Below, piece after piece: positions 28,322-41,132 of a DNA stretch of 64,000 bases (its first letter is position 1; each line of letters starts with the position of its first letter). The notes under the pieces are model-generated. The model was not told where the DNA came from, searched no databases, and saw only the letters and a program-made list of their open reading frames with translations. The position numbers and the translations under genes are program-made. The DNA is from Hydrurus foetidus (Eukaryota), in NCBI GenBank assembly GCA_900617105.1, contig UYFQ01000093.1, forward strand, positions 1-64,000, given 5' to 3'.

Positions 28322-31300
28322 ATGATAACTTCATTGGACAATGATTTCATTGATTCAATAATCGAGAAATATGGGAAAGGCATCGTGAAGATCAATTTGT
28401 CGAACAATGGTGAGTTATTTCGATTGACAAGGAATCCTACGTCATTCGATACTGCCGATAGACGAATAGAACACACGGATCAGACCACTGAGAAATGCAC
28501 TCTTCTTCAGACACGAAGCGTTATCCAGAGCTGTCCAATGTGAATCAAATCTCATTTTCTGTCGAGAGAGGCACCAGATTGATGAGCTTTCGAGCCTTCG
28601 GAATCATGTTTCTGAACTTCTTTTCTATACATCAAATATTTCGCTGCTACGAAATGGGATCGAATCTATTGGATAAAAGCCATGTACAGCTTCGACAGAA
28701 ATCAAATCGAGCAGTAGATATTATCTGAACGAGAATGTTGTGTGGATATTATCTGAACGAGAAAGTCTATTTCTCAGTGGGAGATCGGTGTGTTCTGTTC
28801 GACTACACTGGCCGAGTTATAAGCTGCTACATATTTCCACTTGCAATGTTCTTCTCATGCTTCTACAGAGGGATTATAGTATATTCCGATCATGCGGGGA
28901 TTCAGTGGATGAGAACCCTTCAATCATACGAAGCGAATGATGTTTCATACATCATTGAATTCCTACTGATGATGTTCAATCGTACCAGATGTTTGCTTGT
29001 ATCAAATTTTCGATAGTTCTATATAGTCTTAAAGCAGAACAATTCATACAGTTACAAGTCCGCATAACCGTATTGAACTCACCTGTACTGAAAAATTAAT
29101 TTCTTGTTTGCTGGAAAATGAAGGATAATGAAGAATCAAATAATTGACGACAAACTCACGAATCATCTTTACTTTACTCCTTTTTGGCAGGTTTAAGATG
29201 TTTGAAGAATATCGAGAGGATTGGAAGTGAATTAAAACATCTTAATTTGTCTTGTAACGATTTGTCTGATCTCTCTCCTCTTTCTTCTCTCACTTTTCTG
29301 CAAGAATTGAATCTTGCCGAAAATAAAATGTAAGTACATATTGTGTATTTAAAATTTGTCTTCTGTTTTTCTACTGAAAACTTCTTTATTTTTAGTGGAA
29401 GTCAAACTTCACAAATTTATCCCTAAATTAGACCTTAATTTTAAGCATATCATTCTTCAAATAAATGAAAACCAAAAATTTTAAATCAAAAATAAACCTT
29501 GAAACTCTGTTACATCATTTTCGATGAGGTTTAATTTCTTTTTTCGATGCCCACATTTCTTCTCTTTTTCTTTATTTTTAATTCCTCTCTGCCATTTCTT
29601 TTAGAGCGGACAGATGCTTAGCTCCACTCGCTCACCTCTCGAACCTCCGCACTCTGAACCTCACGGGCAATAATTTGAAAAACATCGAATCCGTCTTTTG
29701 CATACGCAATTTAACGGATCTGAAAATTCTTTTACTGGAGGGAAATCCGTTAAGCTTTGATTCGAAATTTCCGTCATTAGTTTTTCGTGTTTTGCCAAAC
29801 GTTGAGAAAATCGATATTTGGTACGACATTACATATTTTGACATTCTACATTATCAATTTGATTTCTGTTGTGATTTCTGTTTTGTTTCACGTGATTTAA
29901 TCTGTTTTATTTTTTTTTTTTTTTTTTCTTTTTCTTTTTTCTTTTTTCTTTTTCTTTTTTTCTTTTTTTCTTTTTTCTTATCTCCTCACTTCATTCTCTA
30001 CCGAATATCATCTTCATTTTTTCTTTTTCAATTTTTTTCAGGGAAAAGAAAGATTTTTCTCTCGTCGAACACGAAGACAAAATCCCTCTACCTCTCTCCA
30101 CCTCTTTTTCTCCAAATTTCCCGATTAAAACAGCAGAAAAAAAAGGCATCGCTGAAGAAAATAAAATATCGCAAAGAATTGAAGACAAAAAAGATGGCAG
30201 TGCTAGAGAAATGCAGGAGAAAGAATGTAAGTACGTCATCTAAATGTCTGTCTTCTCATACAAGTTTGACGTATGAAGTCATGTATTCTCAACTGTGATA
30301 TTTGAATTGCATTGAGCGGTATTCATCGTCATCACTGATCCATACATATATTTGCTTACATAGGTCTACAGGATTACGTCCACATTTACTTGTATGTTCT
30401 CATGTATGTTTACATTTACATTTACTTTTACATTTACATTTACATTTACATTTATTTAGTGTTACATGTGCGTGCTTCTATATCCATATACACGGATTCA
30501 AATGACCTCCCGTTGACATTAAGATAACATACCTGACTTTCTATTTCACACTACATCAATGAAATAAAAAATCACTAAAACACTAATTCAATTTCTTATT
30601 CATACACGATACTGTTTATTTTATCTCAGCTTTAGTTCATTCGAATTCGGAGGGGTTTTCCTCACTACAAAATGAAGAAAAAACAAATTTATTACAAATG
30701 AAATTAGATGCAATGGAAAAATTATTTTCAATTCAAGAAAAAATATTTGCCGAAAATGGTTTAAATGCAGCACTTGAAGCTAACTTTCACCGAAATCAGA
30801 TCAAATCCGTCAAAATTTTCCTCACAGAATAGTTCTACAACAGCCGATCATAATTTGCAAAATTCGGAAAATAGAATTCCGTCAATGGCTAGCACTGCAA
30901 CAACGGATTTCGAAACATTCAAATCCGTTAATTTAGAGATATTTCCGTATGTGAAATTACTTACATTGTGGCGGAATAATTGTTTTACGAATATCATGAA
31001 AAAATTACAAACAGAAAAGGTGACTCACGTACCAAAAAATTATGCAAAGTATTTCCCTGATCATTTTTTTCTTTTTGTTTTCACACGTTCCCGCTCCTTA
31101 CTTGCCATTTTTCTGTTTTCCCCTATTTCCATCTCCATTTTCGTCTCCATATCTACTTACCTTTCTACTTATATTTCTGCTGCACCTCTATTTCTGTTCC
31201 TCTGTATCTTCCTATTTCATCTTTTTTTCTCATCTGCCTTTTTTTTCTTTGCCCAACCATTTTTACATTCTATCATCTCCGGAAGTCTTATTCTTCTTTC

Positions 31301-34300
31301 CTTCCAATACATCGTTATGATTGATTTCATCTTCATGTTTCAGTACATTCAGTCTACGCTATCCCAGCTCAAGGAATCTCGATCCAGGGTCCGCGTCTTA
31401 TCCGCACAACACAGTGCGGAGATTATCGGATGGAAGGTAATAAAGCCGGAAGAAATTCTTGGTCGTATTCACGAAGTCTTGCAGTTCTTCGGAAGATTCG
31501 GAAGATTCGGAAGATTCACTGATATTTAGTACTCCTAGACATGATTTTTTCTTCTTTTCATAGCTTCCGGAATTCTTCGTGTATTTAATTGTTTACTGTT
31601 CTGTAGAATTTCAATTTTTCTTCCGACTTTTTGATTCCCATTTACAATTTTTCTCTTCATTAAGTATCGCAATATTACACCATACTGTCCAACGAAGTAA
31701 TCATCTTTCACTTGCACACCATGCAAATCATCTGTATCTGTTCTTGCAAACGAACATCTCAAATTTCGACAACGAAAATTTGCAGGAACGATTTCACGTT
31801 CTAACGGAAACGGTTGACGCCTTAACTCGACAATTTGAAAATACAAAAATTGAGTATGAAGAAGAAAAAAAGAAAAGAACAGAGGCCGATAAAAATATTT
31901 TGTCTAATTGCAGCGCGATAAACTCTGTGAGGTGGGAAACTTTTCTTTTATTATTTGTGATTCCTGATTTGAAATTTGATTCAACAGATTATGAATAAGA
32001 TGTGGCGTATTGTTTAGTTTAAAAAACAAAATAAAATCAAACTTATTATTTTGTTTCGATACAGATGTGCAGTCGAAAAATTTAAAATAAATTCTGATTG
32101 TGACTTATTGAGGGCGAACGTACTCATCGCTCAGGTACGTACAGTACAGTACAGTACAGTACGTGCGTTGTAGCCCCTTTCAAATACTGCCTACTTCTTC
32201 TTTTTCTTTTTTGTTTATTCTTCGTTTTCATTTCTTTTTCTGTTCATGCCATCATCCTCACCACTACCTCACCACTACCTCTTTCTCATCTCTACATCTT
32301 TTCTCACCACTACCTCTTTCTCATCTCTACATCTTTTCTCACCACTACCTCTTTCTCTTCTCTACATCTTTTCCAAGTCTCTTAAGCGTCTCTCCGATTT
32401 TGAGGATCGGATACTCAGCGCTTCTGACAGAATTTCTTTCGCTGCTTCTGTAGTGGCTCAGAAGGAGGTGCACCTCTTCTTACTTTCTTTTATCTTACAA
32501 TTTTACCCTCCTTTTTTTCCTTCTTTATTTTATTTTTCCTTTTCCTTTTCCTTTTCTTTTTCTTTTTCTTTTTCTCACTCTCTACCCCCACATAGTCGTT
32601 CTCGCCCATCTTATCCTCTTATTATTTCCATGTTTAATCAGGTGAATCTTCGGAACAACACAGCGGTGCTAGAGGCGGAGAGGAGAATACTAAATCAATC
32701 AAACAGAAGGTAAATAGAGACACACATGTGCATACTTATTCTATACATCACGTACTTCAATTTTATCATTTCTCAATTCATGATCTACAGATACCTCACA
32801 AGGCGAAATATTTATTTAATTTTAATTGCTATTATTTGATTTCAATTTCTTTTCATAAAATTAAACAGACCGAGTAAAGTTAAAGGTGGAGAAAAAGAAG
32901 AAGAATTCGACACAGATGTCGATGAAAATAGTACGGCACTCCTCGTCAGTGACGTATGCCTATCAGCGGAGGTAAACACATGTCATTATTTGGTATCCAT
33001 GTACATCGGATTGTTGTTGGAGATGATATAATTGCACTTTATTTACTGTTTACTGTTCACGTAATTGATTCATGAAATGCCGATCCAACTTTGCAATAAA
33101 AAGTATGATCTGATATTCATATTTTACTAAAATTATTTCATAATGCGTGTACGTTCTTATTGTGATGTTTTGAGAGGTGTCACTGGCTGCTAATCAGTAA
33201 TGAAAAATAAAACATCACACGAAATTTGGAATAAACTGATGATTTTCAAGTTGAAAAAACATTTAAATATCACACAGTAATCACCAAAATGAACTAATTG
33301 CTCGATGTCTAATATTATTACTTACTTTTTTTCTTTCTTTCTTAATAACTGCATTCGTTCGTGTTTCTATTCATCCATCCATCCATCCATTTATCTGTCG
33401 ATTATCTAATAAAGATCGATACCTCCGTTTTTACGCGATTCTGTCTGCTCGTCTAATTATGCACACGCATGCCTGCATCTGTACTTACTCGTGCGTCTGT
33501 CACCCACCAACCGTTTCACAATTGTCTAAATCTACGGACAAGCATTATTTGCCTATCTGTCGTGAATTTGAAACATATCTAAATCTCGATCTCGATCTAT
33601 ATCATCAGTCTTACTGTCTGTCTGTGTATCTGTCTGTCTGTGTATCTGCGTATCTCTCTATCTATCTTTCTGTAGAGTGAGTCTTTGCTTCGATCGGTGT
33701 TCCGCGCGTTGGATGAAACCGACACAGGGACCGTGGGTGCGAAGATTCTACTCGAATGCCTAGGCGGAAATATCGATGATGATGACGATGATGATGATGA
33801 TGACGATGATGATGATGATGATGATGACGATGATGTAAAGGGGAATAGAAGGGAAGTGGGTAGGGGAGAGGAGGAAAGGAATGAGAAGTGGGATTGAATA
33901 AAGGGAGAGGAGAATGAATAATGAATGTCACTCACAAGAATATTGGCAAAGATATCCATACAATAGATAACAGTGACTACAATAATCACAGAAATGGTTG
34001 CGGTGAGAATGTCACAAAAAAGAGAGTTGACAAAATGCATGATAAACGTAATAACAAAAACCATTACAACAACAAGACAGATATCACCAAACACCAAAAC
34101 AAAATCAAAAAGAATGAAAATGAAGAAGACTCGTTGGACAAAATTGTGTACCGATCACTAGGTCCATATTTGTTTTTAAGATTATTTCATGGCTTGAAAA
34201 ACATCTTAAAAACTGCGAATGAATCGGAGCAATATTTATACGGTGTTAGTGGAGGACAGATAAATAGTAATTCAGTCAGAAAATTAGATGATATTTCCAT

Positions 34301-37300
34301 TACTTGGGGAGAGGTGCGTCAAATCACGTCAAATTCTTTTTTTCTTTCTATTTCTCTTTTTCTACATTCACTTTTTCTTTGTCTCACTTTCCTCCCTTTT
34401 ATTCTCTTCCTTTTTCTCTTTTTCTCTTTTTCTCTTCCTCTTTGTCCACTTTTTATCTTACTCTATCTTTTTCTTCCACTTTATTTTTCTCTCTTGCTCT
34501 TTTGCTTTCTTCCTCTCTTCTTCCTCTTCTTATTTTCTTGTTCATATTCTATTTCTCTTTATCTTTACCTTCTTCTATCTTTTTCTATCTTTCTCTTCTT
34601 TCTGATTTTTGTTCTTTCTGATTTTTGTTCCTCCATCTCATGCTACTTATGGCTCTATCGCATTTCTGTAATTTCAGTTTTTATTGCTTTTTGTTCCTGA
34701 TAACACGGATTCGGCAAATTCACGGAATTCTCGTGTTCCACTTAATCGATGCGCCCTGACAGCTAACGGTAAGATTTGATGCGCAATAATCATATTTGAT
34801 GCTGAATAAGACTATTTGATGAACTCACATCTATTTGGTATCATGAGTTCCTCACCAATTTATTTTACGTTTTCGGCTTTTACACACGCAGAAATGCAAA
34901 ATTTACGAAAATTAAATTTACTGGGTGATCAAAATTGGGGTGTACCATTTTATGATATAAAAATACCAAAAAGCAAGGACACCCAGAAACACATCTGTGC
35001 CGCCACTACCTCTTTCTCTACATCTCCGGAAATAAAAAAATTAAGAAGCGAGAGACTGTACTTACAACAAAGGTACAAACGCGAGTCAAGCGTCAAATCG
35101 GTGAATTTGAAATCTCCGTTTCTTACCATATTATATCATGCCATCTCTTTCTTGTTCCTCCTTTTCCCCCTTTTTGAAACTCTCTCTGCTTTGCTTTCTT
35201 TCCCTCTTCTATTCTCTTCTTTAATCTTTCCTTTTTAATTTCCCCTGCCCCTTTTCCTTGCCCAATCCTCATCTTCCCATCACTCTCCTTTACCTTCACC
35301 TTAATTGACCCTTGTCTTCTCTCCCTTTCATCCTCTCCTTTTTCTTCCTCTTCACTCAGACTGCAGGACATGACACGCACTTTCGAGAGGAGAGCTGAGG
35401 CCATTAAAGCCTATTTCCAAAACGATCTGAGAAAGGTGACTAACTTTTTCAGTCTTTTTCTTACTTCTTTATCTTATTCTTTTCCTTATTTTGTTTTTTC
35501 AACACTTTCTTCTTCTCCTTCTTCTTCTCATCTTTATTCTTATTTACTATATATATTTTTTCTTGTATTTACTTTTTCTTTTCAATCTTTTTGATGATTT
35601 TTCTTACGAGTATATTAGTTCTTAAATTCATGAACCAGTATTTTCATGTTTTACTTCGTTATTGCCACTAACTTTTGGTTTGCTATTTATAGTGCCATTA
35701 CAGGGAAATGAATTACAAGAAAGAAAACTCTTCTCTTTCCCTAAATTTCTCTAACGCTGAAGAGAGGATGAGAGAAAATGACAAAATCAATAAAATACAA
35801 ATTGAAAAATTGAAATTGAAAATTTCTCAGCTTGAGGAGGTAAGAGATTATTATGTGCATATTTATGTCCAACAAATGGATGCGTAGAAAATACATATTT
35901 TTTTTGTGTCGTCAAAGTGTAGTTATTATTTATTGATATTAATGACGCGCACTTTTTTGATCTTACAGCCAAGGCAAAATTTTATTTTGGAATCTTACAT
36001 TCCAGTTGATTTTAATTATGATTCTTGTTGTCATGATTATTATTTTCGTTCCATTATTGTAATTATTATATAGTTTTCATTATGTTCTTATATTAAAATC
36101 ATTATTATTGTTTTGATTATTTTCAGGAAAACAATGCTCTGCACCAAAAAGTTGAATTAAATAAATCAGAAGAAAACCGTTTATACGAAAATCAAATTAA
36201 AGACAATCTGAAAAGGTAACAAAAAGAAATTCTGAAAATCAATGTGAAATCTTTGAGTGAAATTAAATTGTCAAATATGAACTTATTTTTTCATTTTATT
36301 CTTACGAAGTCAATTAGAATATTTTTAGATCTGTAAATCTTTATAATGTTCCTTTTATGTTACATTAATTGTCAGAGGGATTAGGCTACATTAAATAGCA
36401 GCGCTATTGAAATTGTTTATTGAAGAATTTCATGATTATCGAGATGAAATACTCCATTAAAAATGATGGTGTGTAAGTGTTTTTTTATCATATTTAAACA
36501 TGATCTGGAAATGATTGCTTTTATTGCAACAATATTTTGTATAAATCCATGGCCATGTGCGACAGTATAGGACATGAGATAATAGCGTGATTTTAAATCG
36601 GTTATAAAGTTGTTCTGTAATTGGAGACAGCATTGAACGACATACTAAAAATGACCAACACCTCTTGCACGCACACTATTAGATTTCACTCGTTGGAATG
36701 TGAGCATAATTTGCTCAAGCGGTTCAGTGCGAAAAATGAAGTGAGAGTGAGAGGGTTGGAAAGGGACGTCATCAGACTTCAGGTGGGAATGTAAATAGCC
36801 AATCGCATCATTGTGTGTTCATCAGCTAACTCGTGACTAAGTCAACGCATCGACTATTCATATATTAACCAGTTGGCAGATCGATTTGTTTATTTGTTGG
36901 TACATTAACTCATGATTCACCGAACACATATACTACTCGAAGTAGAAATCTACCCTTTATGTGATTATCAGAATGAATTACAATGATTTTATCTCTATTT
37001 TTGGTCATGATAAGTTAGGGATTACTGTCACAATAATTGCCATTATTTTCATAAATATTGCTATTATGGTCATCATCAATACTTCTCTTCTTTTTCTTCT
37101 TGTTATATCATCATTTTCATCATTATCATTACATCATCATTTTTCTGCGATCATTATAATTGTCATCTCAATTTTATTTTCATGCTTATCTACTCGTTTC
37201 GTTCAATTAATGTTACAGGCTGCTTTGTCCGCAAGCCTGACACAAGCTACTCCAAACAATAAAAACAGAGAAAATGACGAAGGTGAAAGAAAAAATAATG

Positions 37301-38145
37301 TTGGAAAAAGTCAGAATAGTGAAGATAAAGAGGTAGCAAAGATAATAGTAGAGAAAAAGGACAAACTTGAAGAAATGACTGAAAACGAAATAAAAGCAGA
37401 GATTGAGAGGAACATTTTATTGTCCAGAATAAAAGTTCTCGAGACTGCACAGAAAAATCAAAAAATTCTAAAAATCCAAAATACGGGAAATGTTAAAAAT
37501 GATTCACAGCTAGTAATTGATAGTGATAACAGTGATACCGAAAACGAGGAAGGAGAAGGAGAAGATAGAGGAGAAGAAGAAGAAGAAGGAGAAGATGAGA
37601 GTGGAGAAAGTGATGATGAAGACAAAGGGATGGATATTAAAAACAAAGTCGAGAAGAGCGATAGAAATAAAGATTACGAAAAAGAGGAAGAAGGAGAGGA
37701 TGAAGAAGAAGATAAAGTCAATCGAGTTAGAGAGCAATTGCGCTTAACTCGACAATTATGGAAACAATCCAGTACACAGACACATCTTGGGGCAAACAGT
37801 GAAACAGGTGCAATCGGTATTCCTACAAAATTTAAATCCGTGAAAAAGATATCTGGGATTGATAAAAAGAAAAAAATAAACGGAAATGAAAAAAGCAAAA
37901 AAATCGGAAGAAAGGGAGGGGAGAATGACATAGAGAGTAGTAGAGGAGAAGAAGAGAAAGGTAGCGACGGAGGTAGAGAAAGAGAGGGGGAGGCGAGAAG
38001 GGCTCGAAGAGATATACTGAAGGATGCGGGTGACAGCAGTAGAGTGGGAGTGGGTCTAGGCAAGGTGTCTGGTCTGCAGGATTTGTACAGCGCACAGTTG
38101 GACAGATTAATGTCCATGGCGGAAGAAGTCATTTCTAGAAAATGA
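28322..38145 (+). CDS. Multi-exon protein: N-terminal SDS22/U2A'-type leucine-rich repeats, CCHCR1-like coiled coil and an EF-hand-like region
   Basis: Phase-consistent exons 28322-28409, 29191-29329, 29605-29820, then from 30042 onward. LRRs: LKHLNLSCNDLSDLSPL, LQELNLAENKI, LRTLNLTGNNL, LLLEGNPL plus a cap. Later LQMKLDAMEKLFSIQE and KLLTLWRNNCF, SVFRALDETDTGTV, and C-terminal QLDRLMSMAEEVISRK*. The frame is unresolved near 30785 and 33835-33920. Confidence 0.75.
32268..32373. repeat. ~35-bp minisatellite, about 3 copies, at an intron 3' end
   Basis: caccactacctctttctcatctctacatcttttct repeated in tandem. Confidence 0.85.
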
Positions 38146-39948
38146 AAATGAAAATCGAAACAAAAATGAAAATATGAGTCAAGCTGAGAATATTTATTTG
38201 CGTCCAAGTGTGTTGTTCTTGTATTTTTTGTTATTCTACACTGCATGTATGACAAATAGACTGCCAGCAAATTATGTATTTATTACGTCATTTACATCAC
38301 GTTTCGTTACCGTACTGAGTAAGTGACAATGTTAATTCCGGTTACTCGCGTTTTCATCTTCTGCCTACGTGAGAAAGAAAAGAAAAGAAAAAAGAAAAAA
38401 GAAAAAGAAAAAAGAAGAAGGAAGATGAAAATGCAGAATGAGTGATGAAAGAAGAAAGAAGATAGGAAAGAGTTGATATGATATGATGTGAGGCGCAGTG
38501 ACGCACTCCGCTGATTACCGAAATCACATCAAAGCAGGAAGATCGCGTTTTCAAACTCTAGAAGGACCGCTGAGGATGTTCCGTTTATAGCTGTGCACTC
38601 GACACTTTCGCTCCAAGAAAATCCTGAGCTCTGAAGCTTCACTGCGACTCCATAGCATGAAAGTCATTTCAACTTTAACCCTATCCGACTTTCCAGCAGC
38701 TCCTTTATTCTCTATCTTTCTCATCCCGTCAGGACGTCAGCTCGTCCGAGTGAATCACGAGCAGTCATGACATGGTGTAGGGGCCAAAAGAAGTATGTTT
38801 TCACTGCTTTCTCAACTTACAGTGACCTACATATGTGCTCAGTGGTGTTTGGTATTTTCCTATAGTAACGGACTTTCATTTCGTTGTCATGGCTTGGTTG
38901 ATTTCCTCTTCACAGTTTTCATTCAGGACACTCTGTGACTCCATGTCACAGATTTGTCATGTTGATCTTTGGAAGACAGTCTCGCAACGATGCGGTCAAC
39001 TTTCTTAATTATGAACTTGGACCTGATTGATTCCACAATTAAAATGTGTGAAACACAGCAAGGAAAACTGAAAAACGAAAGTGCAGAATACTAACACAAA
39101 TAAAAAAGGAAATAAATTCACATGTTGAAATAAATAAGAGCCGAGCGTAGAAAAAAGAAAAAGAGAGTTTTTCGGATGGGATAAAGGGGAATGATTAAAA
39201 AGTAAGAATTGTTGAAAAATCAAATAAATGAAAAAAGTAAATGTGCGCCTCCACAGCAAGAAATTTTAGACAAAAAGTAACAAAATAAAATTTCTACAAA
39301 AAAATAAATTTCTATTTGTGTGATATGACAGGTAGTTGGAGTAAAGCCAAAAAGTTAGGAAATAAAAAGTACGAATACGAGTATCATTTTGAAATTTTCA
39401 TCTTCCAATATCTTTATTTCAAATTCATTTTGATACTTTGTCTGTGAATGGACTACTTTAATTCGGTATTAATGTCTCATCTCCATATGACAAAAATACT
39501 ATTCGTATTTTCTTACTGCAATATTGTTAAATTATGTTAAGTTATCTTATTACATTGTATTGCACTTATTACAAATTGCCAGGTCCTGTGTTTTGGATTG
39601 TTTAGTATTCCACATCGCGCACTACATACTTTAGTACTAGTACTTATACGAAATAAAACACTAGTTCTACTACCGAGTTAAATTTACCATTAATAAATGC
39701 ACATCTAATTACACTTTTACAAATAACCCAAGTATTAAGCGTCGAATTGAATTTTTGTGATGCTCTTGTTTGTTTTGTTCGCAATACCAAAATAGATTTT
39801 ATCTCATTTTACTGACACTCCTCTTTTTTTATTCCACATTATTTTCTCAGTTTAACTGTCCGTGTTGTTGTATTGATCTAAAATCGAAATATAGTGACAT
39901 TAAGTAATCGGCACTAGTATGAACTATTCATTATTTGGTACAAATATC

Positions 39949-41094
39949 TCACACTGCAGATTCAATGTAATCCTTTCCAAGATAGCTACGATCCCTCCCC
40001 ACAGTCCCATCATTTCTGACGCTATTCTGTGCACTATTTTTGGCTTCATTTTGAAGACCGTTTTGAGATCCAGTATTTATCCGGTTTTCTTCGTGGAACT
40101 TGGACCCGTTGATTCCGTCCAAAAAGGGGTCTAAATGCTGATGTTTTTCGAGCAAATCTACTAGAGAGTGAAGGAGGGAATGGCTGGGATGTGATGATAG
40201 AGGAGGGGAGAGAGGAGGTGAGAGGGAGGGGGTGTATTGGGGAGGGTGAGAGGAGAGAGGGGACGAAAGAGAAATGGATTTTGGTGATGTTGATGATGAG
40301 GAGGGGTGAAGTAATCCTGAGCTGTTCTGTCGATTAAAAGAAGAAGAAGAGGAGGAAGGAGGGTCGGGAGGTGACGTGTGGTCATCGGACAGAGAAGAAG
40401 AGGAGTTCGAAGCGGGATAAGAATGCTTTCTTTTTCGAGGAGCGCACGTACTCAAATGAAGATGTTCGTACGCATTATCGTATATACTTTTATTTCCGTC
40501 TTTTATTTTATTTCGGTTTATCTTGCATTTTTCGTATTCTGTAAGGGTGATTTCTTTTTCTTTTCGATTGCGTGCGTTCGTATGTGTACGTGCGTGTGTG
40601 TGGGGGGTGTCTGAGCGACAGTAATCATTATTGGAAACATTGGTGAAATTGTTTCTTTCATTCGCGTAAAAATTGCTGTTGTTACGGATATTTCCGTTGT
40701 TACTTTCGTAGTAAGTGTTGTCCTTTCCATTGGTCGTATCACGATTATTATTATGATAATTATTACTATTATCATTATCAGTAGGTCTCTTATTTTCAAT
40801 TAAACTAGATGCGGTCTTACCAGTCACACTATCGTAATCATCGTTGTTATTATTATCAACACACCCGTCTTTCCTCCCTATCCACCCACCATCTCCACAA
40901 ATAATTCCCGTCTCACCAATTCCGTATTTGTCAATTTCACCGATTTGGTTTTTTATTTCGTATTTTGTATTACTTTTTTTATTCTTTTTATAGAAATCTT
41001 CTTCTAATCCCCAAAGGGAATATTCTGCGCTATTGTCCATATTATTTCCACGTTTTTTAAATTGATTATTTTTTGACACATTTTCACCACTAAA

Positions 41095-41132
<38 letters not shown>

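Noticed and set aside
38733..39010. Possible small two-exon gene between convergent genes
   Set aside because: Splice-like signals are present, but the product is short, has no clear start and resembles nothing I recognise.
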